Below are positions 38,554 through 47,603 of a stretch of 64,000 bases of DNA, in pieces. The notes beneath the pieces were generated by a model that had not been told where the DNA came from, did not search any database, and worked only from the letters and a program-made list of their open reading frames with translations. This DNA is from Candidatus Aminicenantes bacterium. Its GTDB lineage: Archaea > Nanobdellota > Nanobdellia > Woesearchaeales > JAFCCF01. Both the position numbers and the translations under genes were made by a program. The stretch spans positions 12,950 to 76,949 of the forward strand of contig JAFCCF010000001.1 in the NCBI GenBank assembly GCA_017610325.1, written 5' to 3'. Position 1 is the stretch's first letter; each line of letters starts with the position of its first letter.

Positions 38554-39978
38554 TCAAATAACCATCTGCCTAATGGCCCTGAGCGTGTCGTAAGGCCTCT
38601 TCATGTATATATGCTGGATCTTGTCCTTGAATGACAGCTGGGAGAACATGTACCTTGTAACCTGCCTCTTTTTTCTGGTAACATATCTCCTTGCGAACCT
38701 TTCTTGCCTTTTGTTAAGCTTCCACAAACTCACCTTTGCGTACTGCTGCATAACATTCTTTTGTAAGTCAATGTGTTTACTGTTTAATCCATAAAGAACA
38801 CCCTTTTTCACAAGCTCAGCGAACAGTTTGGTGCTAGGCATGGGCACTAGGTTATTTATGTTTACTATCTTTAGCTGATTATCTTCTATCTGTTTTATGT
38901 TGTACAACACGTCCTCATAGCTCATGCCAGGATAATTAAAAATTATTGAGTATGCAGCAGGGATGCCTGCGTTTTCAATCATTTTGTTTTTTCTCTTGAA
39001 TTCTTCGATTGAGAAGGTCTTGCCAATCGCTTTCTGAATATTCTGTGAGAATGATTCAAGCCCCATCCCAACAAATACACAATTGCTTTCTTTCAACAGC
39101 TTCAGGTTCTTCTCATTTATGTATTTTAGCTTGGTCATGATACCTAAACCCAATCTCTTGTTGAGCCCTTTCTTATTGAAAAGGTCAAGAAACTCCCTTA
39201 CCTTGGGGTGCGACAAGATGAAACAAGAATCAGTGAAGTAAACGCATTTGATAAACGGGTATTTTGAAATAATTCCCTCAATCTCTTTGATAACCTTCTT
39301 TGGTGCCCTAGCCTTATATACTCCTTTGGACTGACCCTCTACACAGAAGCTGCAGCCACCTGTACAACCTAAAGAAAGAGTCATTGTTACTGTTGGAATC
39401 CTCTTGTATACAAGAGACACACTCCGAGAATGGAACTTCATATTGAAGCTGTCTCTGTCAGGCTTCTCAATCTCATCAATCCCAAAATTATAATTGGGCA
39501 CTCTTTTTGTCTTGATAATTTCACCGCTCCTTCTGAAAACAATGTTTGGTATCTTATCGAGTTTCTCTTTGTTAAGTATCTGTGATAATACTAATTCACC
39601 CTCACCAAGTATTAGGATATCAATATCTTTCAATCCTTCAAGCAACTTCCCCCCAACAGAGGTTGCGTATATCCCAAAAAGTATTATCCTGCATGAGGGT
39701 GCTTCTTCTTTTATAATTCTTGCATACTTCACAAACTGTTCCAACTCCCCAAGAAACACTTCAAATGCAGCGTAATCTGGTTTTTCCTTAATAATGAAGT
39801 TTTTAAAAACCCCCAGGCACCACCTTAAACTCATCTTTTCATACCTGAAGTGATATGTTTCATCAAACAGAATCGGTTTGTAACCAGTATATTTTTTTGT
39901 GTTGCTGATTAGTGAAGCTAATTTCATTGGAAAGAGTTTTATGTTCCCTGGATCAAGATTCACAAAAAGTGCCTTCTT
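38554..39978 (-). CDS. B12-binding domain radical SAM protein, paralogue group B
   Basis: CxxxCxxC motif GCTGGCSFC. The likely start is MKKALFVNL at 39978, by alignment with the paralogue at 40050-41477; the ORF tool extends it to 40023. Confidence 0.75.
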   Translation of the reverse strand, partial: KKALFVNLDPGNIKLFPMKLASLISNTKKYTGYKPILFDETYHFRYEKMSLRWCLGVFKNFIIKEKPDYAAFEVFLGELEQFVKYARIIKEEAPSCRIILFGIYATSVGGKLLEGLKDIDILILGEGELVLSQILNKEKLDKIPNIVFRRSGEIIKTKRVPNYNFGIDEIEKPDRDSFNMKFHSRSVSLVYKRIPTVTMTLSLGCTGGCSFCVEGQSKGVYKARAPKKVIKEIEGIISKYPFIKCVYFTDSCFILSHPKVREFLDLFNKKGLNKRLGLGIMTKLKYINEKNLKLLKESNCVFVGMGLESFSQNIQKAIGKTFSIEEFKRKNKMIENAGIPAAYSIIFNYPGMSYEDVLYNIKQIEDNQLKIVNINNLVPMPSTKLFAELVKKGVLYGLNSKHIDLQKNVMQQYAKVSLWKLNKRQERFARRYVTRKKRQVTRYMFSQLSFKDKIQHIYMKRPYDTLRAIRQMVI

Positions 39979-40049
39979 CATGTATTTAAGAAAAGCACAG
40001 ATAATATATATTCTTATCGGCAACCACCAGAAAACCCAATAAATTACTT

Positions 40050-41477
40050 TTAAATATTTTTTGCAAATGACTTGGCCATAAGAACAGGGTTAAACCTAGT
40101 TTTAAGATAAACATATTTTAATTTCTGTTTTGGTGTGAGTCGGAAAAACCAGTACCAGAACCTGTACTTTGTCTTCTTTTTAATGTATTTTATAGTATCT
40201 TCTTCCTGTTTTCTGGTGAGGTTCCAGAATCTTTTTTTCTGGAAATCATTGATGAAATCAGCGTGCCAGTTTATCTTCTCATAATCTAAGGAAGGCAAGA
40301 TTTTATTACTCACAAGTTCTTTGAATATTCTCGTTCCAGGGATAGGATTAAGATACACAATACCAACATTCTTTAATTTGTTTTCCTCTATTGTTTTTAT
40401 ATTATATTTTACATCTGCATAGTCCATGCCAGGGTAATTAAATATTAAAGAGTAAGCAACAAACATCCCTGACTTTTTTAAGATTATATTTTTTTTCTCA
40501 AAATCTTTTAATGAGAATATTTTACCTATGCTTTTCTGAATTTTTAGAGAAAAGGACTCAATCCCTATTGAAACAAAGGAACATCTGCTTTTTTTTAACA
40601 GTCCAACTGTTTCTTCATCTATGTAATCTACCCTTGTCTGGATTCCAAAAGTTAGCTTCTTATGAAGCCCCAGCTTATTATATGATCTTAGAAATTCTTT
40701 TACTTTTGGATGCTTTAAATGGAAACAGTTGTCTGTAAAGTATATATACCTGATATAAGGGTATTTGGTGATTATATCACATACTTCTCTGATTGCATCC
40801 TTTGGGTCTCTTACCCTGAACTCTTCGTAAACCTCTTGAGATACACAAAAAGCACAATCCCCAGTACACCCCCTGGACAAAAGCATGGTTGCTGTGGGGA
40901 GCATCATGTACTGCAACATTGGGCTGTTAGAATAAAGTTCCATATCAAACAACTTTCTGCTTGGCCAAGGGATGTTATCAATATCCAGATTGTAATTTTT
41001 AAGTTCTTTTGTCTGGACAAGCTTATTTTTTTTTCTGAATACTATATTGGGTATATTCTCTAATTTCTTGCCATTTAAAATCTCAGCAATTATCAACTCC
41101 CCTTCTTTCCGAACCAGTATGTCAATCTCTTTTATGTTTTTTATAAGGTTTTTGCCAAGCACAGTGGATTGGACGCCGCCCACAATTATTCTACACAAGG
41201 GAAATTTTGATTTAATTAATCGCGCATATTTAAGGAAATTATTTATCTCATTTTGAGATAAGGTGAATGCAACATAATCTGGTTTTTGTTTGATTATCAA
41301 ATCATCAAAACTCTTGATGCACTGCCCAGGTTTCTTTTTTTCCCGATAGATGTTTTCATCAAAAAGGATTGGTATGTAATGCGTTTTTTTCTTTATTGTG
41401 CTTATAAGATATGCTATGCCAAGTGGGAAGCGTTTGATAATTGGTGTATAGAAATTAACAAAGATAATTTTGTTCAT
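40050..41477 (-). CDS. B12-binding domain radical SAM protein, paralogue group B (second copy)
   Basis: 475 aa. GCTGDCAFC motif, collinear with 38554-39978. Confidence 0.75.
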   Translation of the reverse strand: MNKIIFVNFYTPIIKRFPLGIAYLISTIKKKTHYIPILFDENIYREKKKPGQCIKSFDDLIIKQKPDYVAFTLSQNEINNFLKYARLIKSKFPLCRIIVGGVQSTVLGKNLIKNIKEIDILVRKEGELIIAEILNGKKLENIPNIVFRKKNKLVQTKELKNYNLDIDNIPWPSRKLFDMELYSNSPMLQYMMLPTATMLLSRGCTGDCAFCVSQEVYEEFRVRDPKDAIREVCDIITKYPYIRYIYFTDNCFHLKHPKVKEFLRSYNKLGLHKKLTFGIQTRVDYIDEETVGLLKKSRCSFVSIGIESFSLKIQKSIGKIFSLKDFEKKNIILKKSGMFVAYSLIFNYPGMDYADVKYNIKTIEENKLKNVGIVYLNPIPGTRIFKELVSNKILPSLDYEKINWHADFINDFQKKRFWNLTRKQEEDTIKYIKKKTKYRFWYWFFRLTPKQKLKYVYLKTRFNPVLMAKSFAKNI

Positions 41478-41597
41478 AAGCTTGGGAAAAGTGGGAATTA
41501 TATTTAATTTTATCTATACCAATAAGCTTTTAAATTCTGGTTATTAACCTTTATAAATGCCCTGGGCGGGGCAAAATACTTATAAGGGCGAAAAGAG

Positions 41598-42539
41598 ATG
41601 AATCAATGTTGTAAATCAAAGCCAGTGTACAGGCAGTACAATGGAGAAGATCTGTGTAAAAAGCACTTTCTTGAATATTTTGAGAGAAAAGTAAAACGAA
41701 CAATTGGTAGTCATAAGCTCCTTACAAAGAAAGAAAAGGTGCTGGTTGCATGTTCAGGTGGCAAGGACAGTACAGCTGTCCTGTATATTCTTCACAAAAC
41801 CAACAAAAATCCAAACATCAAGATTGAGGCGTTTCACATTGATGAGGGTATTGAGAAATATTCTGATAAAAATACAAAAAACATTAGGGAATTCTGCAAA
41901 ACACATAAAATTAAGCTGCATGAAACCTCGTTCAGGAAAGAGTTTGGTTATTCCTTGTGTTATATCCACACAGCACTGAAAGAAAAAGGTGTTAAGGCAA
42001 AATCATGCACTATATGCGGAACACTCAGACGTTACCTGATGAATCTTTATGCAAGAAAGACAAAGGCAACAAAGCTCGTCACTGGTCATAACCTTGATGA
42101 TGAAGCGCAATCAATAACCATGAACCTGTTCAAGAACAACACAGAGGTCATGAGGCGGCTTGGGCCATTAACTGGCATAATCAGAGATAAAAAGTTTGTT
42201 CCAAGAATCAAGCCATTATATTTCTGCACTGAAAAAGAGGTTGAACTTTATTCCAGGCTGCAGAAATTCAAGGTCTCGTATGGCAAATGCCCCTGCTCTG
42301 TTGATGCATACAGGCGGCAGGTTGGCAATATGCTGGACGAGTTTGACAAGATACATCCAGGAACAAAGCATTGTGTTGTGAATTCGCTGCTTGAACTGCT
42401 TCCAAGCATAAGAAAGGGTGTTAAGGCTAAGCTGAACTATTGCAGTAATTGCGGGGAGCCAACAAGCAGAGACAAGTGCAGTGTATGTACCATGATATCA
42501 AAAATTAAACCCAAAACATTAAATAAAAAGAAGAAATAA
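41598..42539 (+). CDS. tRNA thiolation PP-loop ATPase (TtuA/Ncs6/NcsA family)
   Basis: 313 aa. PP-loop SGGKDS, N-terminal CxxC (CCKSK..C) and C-terminal CSNCG...CSVC zinc/Fe-S ligand pairs. Confidence 0.75.
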   Translation: MNQCCKSKPVYRQYNGEDLCKKHFLEYFERKVKRTIGSHKLLTKKEKVLVACSGGKDSTAVLYILHKTNKNPNIKIEAFHIDEGIEKYSDKNTKNIREFCKTHKIKLHETSFRKEFGYSLCYIHTALKEKGVKAKSCTICGTLRRYLMNLYARKTKATKLVTGHNLDDEAQSITMNLFKNNTEVMRRLGPLTGIIRDKKFVPRIKPLYFCTEKEVELYSRLQKFKVSYGKCPCSVDAYRRQVGNMLDEFDKIHPGTKHCVVNSLLELLPSIRKGVKAKLNYCSNCGEPTSRDKCSVCTMISKIKPKTLNKKKK

Positions 42540-42548
42540 TACAATACA

Positions 42549-43190
42549 ATGATTGATGTTATTTTTCCAAAAAATAATGAGAATGAATTCCTCAATGTAG
42601 CTGAAAAACTTGGCATAAAAAAACTGTGCTTTGCATATCCTCTGAAGGAATTTAATAAAGTTGAGAAAAAGCCAGGTTTTTTCTATGCTGTGGTAGCAGA
42701 GCCAGATGAGTTAAGGAAAATAAAGCATGCTGACCTTGTTATTGTGAAAAATTCGCCAGGAAACAGGGCAGTATTTGAGAGCAAGAAGGCAGATATGTTG
42801 TTTGAGCTTGAGAATAATCCCGTAAATGATTTCATGCACCATCGTAACTCTGGCCTGAACCAGGTGCTGTGCGCTATAGCGCACAAGAACAAAGTGGTTG
42901 TTGCATTTAGTTTTAATTCTATCTTAAACTCAAGAGAGCCTGCCAGGGAATTGGGCAGGATGATGCAGAATGCAATGCTGTGCCGAAAATACAAGGTTGA
43001 TATGGCGGTTGTATCCTTTGCAACAACACCTTATGAAATGAGGGACTTGAATGATTTAGCAGCTTTTGCAAGGCTTATTGGGGTACAGAATGCAAAGCAC
43101 TCACTAAATGTGATACAGCAGAAAATTCTGAGCAACAGGAAAAAACAATCTCCAAACTACATCCAAGAGGGGGTTAAACTCGTTAGATGA
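42549..43190 (+). CDS. rnp3: RNase P protein subunit Rpp30 (Rnp3)
   Basis: 213 aa. Matches the remembered Rpp30 blocks (ADLVIV...NSGLNQVLCAIAHKNKVVVAFSFNSIL...CRKYKVDMAVVSFA). Confidence 0.65.
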   Translation: MIDVIFPKNNENEFLNVAEKLGIKKLCFAYPLKEFNKVEKKPGFFYAVVAEPDELRKIKHADLVIVKNSPGNRAVFESKKADMLFELENNPVNDFMHHRNSGLNQVLCAIAHKNKVVVAFSFNSILNSREPARELGRMMQNAMLCRKYKVDMAVVSFATTPYEMRDLNDLAAFARLIGVQNAKHSLNVIQQKILSNRKKQSPNYIQEGVKLVR

Positions 43191-43981
43191 AAGTTAGCAT
43201 AGGGGTATTTGCTCACAATGAGGGATCCACTATTGGTTTCCTGCTGCAGAGATTAAACGAACAAAAAACAGATACAGTAGACATTGCTGAAATCATTGTG
43301 GTGAGCTCTGGAAGCACTGACAGCACAAATAAGATTGTGCGCAATTTTGCGAGAAAGAACAAAAATATTAATCTGTTTACACAGCAGCAGAGACTGGGTA
43401 AGGCATCTGCAGTGAATATTTTCCTGAAGGCAGCCAAGTCAGACATCTGCCTTTTTGTAAATGCAGACGCACTACCTAAAAAAGATACAATTGAGAAACT
43501 CTGCAACAAATTCTCAGATTCCAAAATTGGCATGACCGGAGGGAGAGTCATACCCTTAACTCATAAAAATTCAATCCTGGGCTTTACCAATCATCTGCTT
43601 TGGCAGCTCCATCATGAAATCTCCTTAAAATATCCTAAGATGGGTGAAATGGTGGCTTTCAGAAAGATATTTACACAGATAGACGAAAAAACTGCAGTGG
43701 ATGAGGCATATATTGAACCGTTGATTCAGAAGCAAACACTAAGTGCTTTCATCAGGCAGAGGAGAAGGATTTATGCAGGTCATAGCTATCTCAGGAAAAC
43801 GGATAATTATTCTGTGTCAACATTCAATAATTTCATGGTTCTAAAGGTTTGGCTGAAGCATCTTGGCAAAGACCCTTGGCATAAGCTTGCAGGAGCTTTG
43901 GTTTTGGAAGGTTGTGCAAGATTCCTTGGGTATTATGATTTCCTCACAAAAAAAGACCATTCTATCTGGAAAAGGATTTAG
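43187..43981 (+). CDS. family 2 glycosyltransferase (GT-A fold)
   Basis: 264 aa. N-terminus VSIGVFAHNE...IIVVSSGSTDST and a DxD-like FVNADA motif. Overlaps the Rpp30 gene by 4 nt. Confidence 0.8.
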   Translation: MKVSIGVFAHNEGSTIGFLLQRLNEQKTDTVDIAEIIVVSSGSTDSTNKIVRNFARKNKNINLFTQQQRLGKASAVNIFLKAAKSDICLFVNADALPKKDTIEKLCNKFSDSKIGMTGGRVIPLTHKNSILGFTNHLLWQLHHEISLKYPKMGEMVAFRKIFTQIDEKTAVDEAYIEPLIQKQTLSAFIRQRRRIYAGHSYLRKTDNYSVSTFNNFMVLKVWLKHLGKDPWHKLAGALVLEGCARFLGYYDFLTKKDHSIWKRI

Positions 43982-44018
43982 AAAACCTTTTATATTAGTA
44001 ATCTCATAATTTCAATTT

Positions 44019-47000
44019 ATGGTAGTTGTAAGTGTAAAAGAGCTAAAAAGGGGGAAAATCACCAATATCTGGAAATTAAGTGCGTTATTGTTCATTGCTA
44101 TTATAGTATTTCTTATAATGTCATCTCCTCTTTTCAGTCTTCCACCCCCATGCGACTGTGACTATGATGACGAATGTGATCTAGGCCAGGCATGCAACAT
44201 AGGTTCTAACATCTGCTCCTCCTCACCGGATTTCATAGGTTTATGTGGTGATTCAAGCCCCACCACCACCACTACCAGTGGCAGCCCCACCACCACTACC
44301 CTCGTTTGCAATAACGATGGAATCAGAGATGCGAATGAGGCATGCGATGGATATGATTTTGAAATTGCCCCAGGTGTCCAATCTAAGGATTGCAGCGCCT
44401 ATAATAGCAACTGGCACACAGGCACATTAAGGTGTAATAATTGCGTAATCAACACTAACGGGTGCTGCAAAGATACAGATTATGACGCTACCCAGGCTGT
44501 AGAACCAAGCACAAGACCATATGAGCCTGGAACAGTCACAAAGAGAGGTGTTGAATATCTAGATGAGTGCATCATAGGTACTAACAAATTAAAAGAGCAG
44601 AAGTGTAATTCTGGTGGCGGTAATGGTGTGGCTGAAAGAGATTGTCCGCTTGGATGCTACGACGATCCAGCAGGTGGTCCAGATTATTGCATAAGGTGCA
44701 TTGATAATGAAACAATGACTGTTGCCCTAGCCAACTCACCACAAATAACACCGAAAACACTTGCCCCACCAGAAGATAAATATCATAGGGGTAAAGTTTC
44801 ATATGCAACTTTTAAAGATGAAAACGGAGACCCATTTGGTGGTTGGAAGGCAAGATGGGGTGTTGAACTCGAGATTAATGAATCTTGTTTGAACTGTCAT
44901 GTTACAACAGAAGTAAGCTGTAAACCAGGTGTAAACAATCCTAACTTTGACATAACCCAGGATTTCTTTACGTATAAGGGGAGTACTACTATCGGCGATA
45001 TTACTGGAACATTGTGCAGCTCTCTTGGGTGTTCTGGCGGCGCATGCGTTGACATTAGCAACCCTCCATCTTGGGCATTGGGGTACGAAACATGTTTTGA
45101 ACATACATCAAAGCGTTGCGACCCAGCCAATCCTTTAACAAACTGGCAGCGCTGCACATGGTTTGGCGTGAATATAGAAGAAGAGCCAGGTTTAGGCAGG
45201 GAACATGGCGGAACTGGATGGCAGTGCGAGCCGTGTTGGGATTACTGCAGTGCAGGTGTTAATGCGCCCTATGGCTGTGACCAGGGAGGTAGTTTACCAG
45301 AGCCATATTATGGCTGCTGGATGAGTACACACTGTATGAAAGATGCAGGATATTATGAGAACCCAAGCGAGTATGAGTTTTATGATTGCACGCCTGTTAC
45401 TGGCCTGCTCTGGGGTGTTGAGACTGGGCCAGGCAATAGCGGAGACTGCTTCATGGATGCTCCAGTTTGCAGTGAGCATTCAAGTTCCCACCATAATGAT
45501 TCTAAGCTTGGCATATGCCATTTCTGCGACGAAAAAAGTGATGGCTGCACACAAGTATGTGGCGGGCAGTGGAACCAGCATGAATGCTGCGATAGCCATT
45601 TTTATGATGATTGGACCATGGTTAACGGCGAGAGAGTGCCCCTCCCAGATTGTGGGGTTACTGCCAATAATCAAATCTGCGATGCGCCTGATTACAGATA
45701 TCTTGATCCATATTACATGAATACAGAGGAAATGGCCCTGGCAAAGGACGAGCCTGTGCGGGGACAACGATTTCCAGGTTCAGAAGAAGGCAAGCTGTAT
45801 GAAGGTGGCCAGTGGTATGATGGTTCTGCTTCAGAGACTGTGACGCTGCTCTGCGACAATATGGATTATTTATATAATGGCTCATGGCACAAGTCAGAGG
45901 GAACTTGCACAGAGGTCAACACATCTGCTGGCAACATGTATCTTGATTATGAGAACAGCACATGGGGTGTTTGCAATCCTGGCACTTATTTCACCACACT
46001 TAACTGCTCAGCAAATACTTATATCTGTACAATATATGGCTGGGAGCTGCAAGATGCTATTAACTGCTCAAGTGACATAGATACATGCACCAGCTTGTGT
46101 TATGGGGATTGGAGCGAGGACACGTTAGAATGCTGCGAGAGTTATGTATATGATGATACAGACTGCGCAACGCCCAGCATGAGCAGGATTTGCGATGCAA
46201 AGGTGTACCCTGCAGATACCACAGACCATGTCTTGCTTTTTGAGGGCGGGTCCTGGATATCAGACGGCTATCCAAACGAGGTTGTATCTTTAACATGCGA
46301 TAATTGCTCACACCTGTATGACGGCCAGGCCTGGCACAAGTCAAATGGCAGCTGCACTGAGGTTAATACAACCTATAATGTGATGTACCTTGATTATGAT
46401 AATTGTTCATGGCAGGCTTGCACTAATTTATCTTACTGGACTAATATAACCTGTGGCAATGACCAATATTACTGCACAGACCTTGGCTGGCAAAAAAACC
46501 TTGAGCTGAGGTGCACACCAGACAAGAGCACATGTAGCTACTGTACAAGCCCAGACATGTGCCTGCTTAACCCACTTAGCACAAAAAATGAGCAGCCTAA
46601 TCCGCGCTGCATCCCTCTCGGGGAGTATTACAGCGATGATTACTGCCTAAATGGCACCTGGTCAACAAGGACAGCGCTAATAGCTACACAGCTGCTGAAT
46701 TTTGCAAGCACAAAAACAGACTATACATTATTCTGCGACACGCCCCAGTATGCAGCGAATAATTACCAGGACCTGTCATTGTATGGCGACGGTGGAAGCT
46801 GGCTGCAGGGTGTTAATAAGTTATGTACACTTGAATATAAGGAAGGCAGTAATCGCTACAGGGCATTTGGAACATCTATCAATGACCAGCAAAATTACTT
46901 CATCAACACAGACTATGGGTTTCTGCCAGTTATACTGAAATTCAGCAAGGATTACTGCGACAGCGCAGTTCATACAGATAATAAATATTACAGGTGCGGC

Positions 47001-47537
47001 ACAAACAATTCTCTATGGCTGAACAATGACACTTATTCAGTTATATACTCAAGGAAGGGCATAAATCTTGACGGAAGCCTTATCTCAAATGTTTTCATAA
47101 CATTCAGGAGTTTATTATACGACCCAATCACTTCTATAATCAATACTATTAAGGGGCTGTTTACGCCAACAATTGGTGCAAGCAAGATACACGAATTCCT
47201 GGAAGACATACATGACTTTGACCAGGTCTATTACAAGAAGGTAGGCACCAAAGAAGTGAGGGGCTTTGTCAGGCAGGAAGCTGACTGCGCAGCATCTGGC
47301 GTTTGCGGCTGGTATATCTCTGTTAATTATTTTAATTTCAATTATGATGTTTGTAACAAGATTGCGCAATGGGACCTCTATGACGGAATAAGCACTGGAA
47401 ACCCAATGGAACACGAGATACATTGCACTCAGTCTGCTAATAATTATCATGTAGTCAGTCATGTTGATGAAGGCGGCGAGTTCCAGGAAGTTGGGCAAAT
47501 CTGGACAGACCTGACCTCGAAGCTCAGGATTGAGTAG
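44019..47537 (+). CDS. large Cys-rich secreted/surface protein with N-terminal TM anchor, Thr-rich linker and tandem ~180-aa repeats
   Basis: 1172 aa. Hydrophobic N-terminus, a TTTTTSGSPTTTT linker, more than 90 Cys, and many N-x-S/T sequons. Two tandem repeats, each starting CC(D/E)S(H/Y)xYDD, lie at roughly nt 45580-46570. Confidence 0.7.
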   Translation: MVVVSVKELKRGKITNIWKLSALLFIAIIVFLIMSSPLFSLPPPCDCDYDDECDLGQACNIGSNICSSSPDFIGLCGDSSPTTTTTSGSPTTTTLVCNNDGIRDANEACDGYDFEIAPGVQSKDCSAYNSNWHTGTLRCNNCVINTNGCCKDTDYDATQAVEPSTRPYEPGTVTKRGVEYLDECIIGTNKLKEQKCNSGGGNGVAERDCPLGCYDDPAGGPDYCIRCIDNETMTVALANSPQITPKTLAPPEDKYHRGKVSYATFKDENGDPFGGWKARWGVELEINESCLNCHVTTEVSCKPGVNNPNFDITQDFFTYKGSTTIGDITGTLCSSLGCSGGACVDISNPPSWALGYETCFEHTSKRCDPANPLTNWQRCTWFGVNIEEEPGLGREHGGTGWQCEPCWDYCSAGVNAPYGCDQGGSLPEPYYGCWMSTHCMKDAGYYENPSEYEFYDCTPVTGLLWGVETGPGNSGDCFMDAPVCSEHSSSHHNDSKLGICHFCDEKSDGCTQVCGGQWNQHECCDSHFYDDWTMVNGERVPLPDCGVTANNQICDAPDYRYLDPYYMNTEEMALAKDEPVRGQRFPGSEEGKLYEGGQWYDGSASETVTLLCDNMDYLYNGSWHKSEGTCTEVNTSAGNMYLDYENSTWGVCNPGTYFTTLNCSANTYICTIYGWELQDAINCSSDIDTCTSLCYGDWSEDTLECCESYVYDDTDCATPSMSRICDAKVYPADTTDHVLLFEGGSWISDGYPNEVVSLTCDNCSHLYDGQAWHKSNGSCTEVNTTYNVMYLDYDNCSWQACTNLSYWTNITCGNDQYYCTDLGWQKNLELRCTPDKSTCSYCTSPDMCLLNPLSTKNEQPNPRCIPLGEYYSDDYCLNGTWSTRTALIATQLLNFASTKTDYTLFCDTPQYAANNYQDLSLYGDGGSWLQGVNKLCTLEYKEGSNRYRAFGTSINDQQNYFINTDYGFLPVILKFSKDYCDSAVHTDNKYYRCGTNNSLWLNNDTYSVIYSRKGINLDGSLISNVFITFRSLLYDPITSIINTIKGLFTPTIGASKIHEFLEDIHDFDQVYYKKVGTKEVRGFVRQEADCAASGVCGWYISVNYFNFNYDVCNKIAQWDLYDGISTGNPMEHEIHCTQSANNYHVVSHVDEGGEFQEVGQIWTDLTSKLRIE

Positions 47538-47603
47538 ATTTTTCTAAAAAACATTAAATTAATAAGTATCTAATCTAATTTTATTCTAAAAAAGAGGTAG
47601 AGC

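Noticed and set aside
23018-43981. Hypothesis that the accessory block is a tRNA-Pro-integrated mobile island
   Set aside because: The tRNA is on the minus strand, so its 3' end faces the housekeeping TyrRS side. No integrase/recombinase gene or duplicated tRNA 3' fragment is visible anywhere in 23-44 kb.
44245-44430. 61-aa Pro/Ala-rich ORF (…APPPPLPVAAPPPLP…)
   Set aside because: It is an alternative frame of the ACC-repeat (Thr-rich) coding stretch of the 1172-aa protein.
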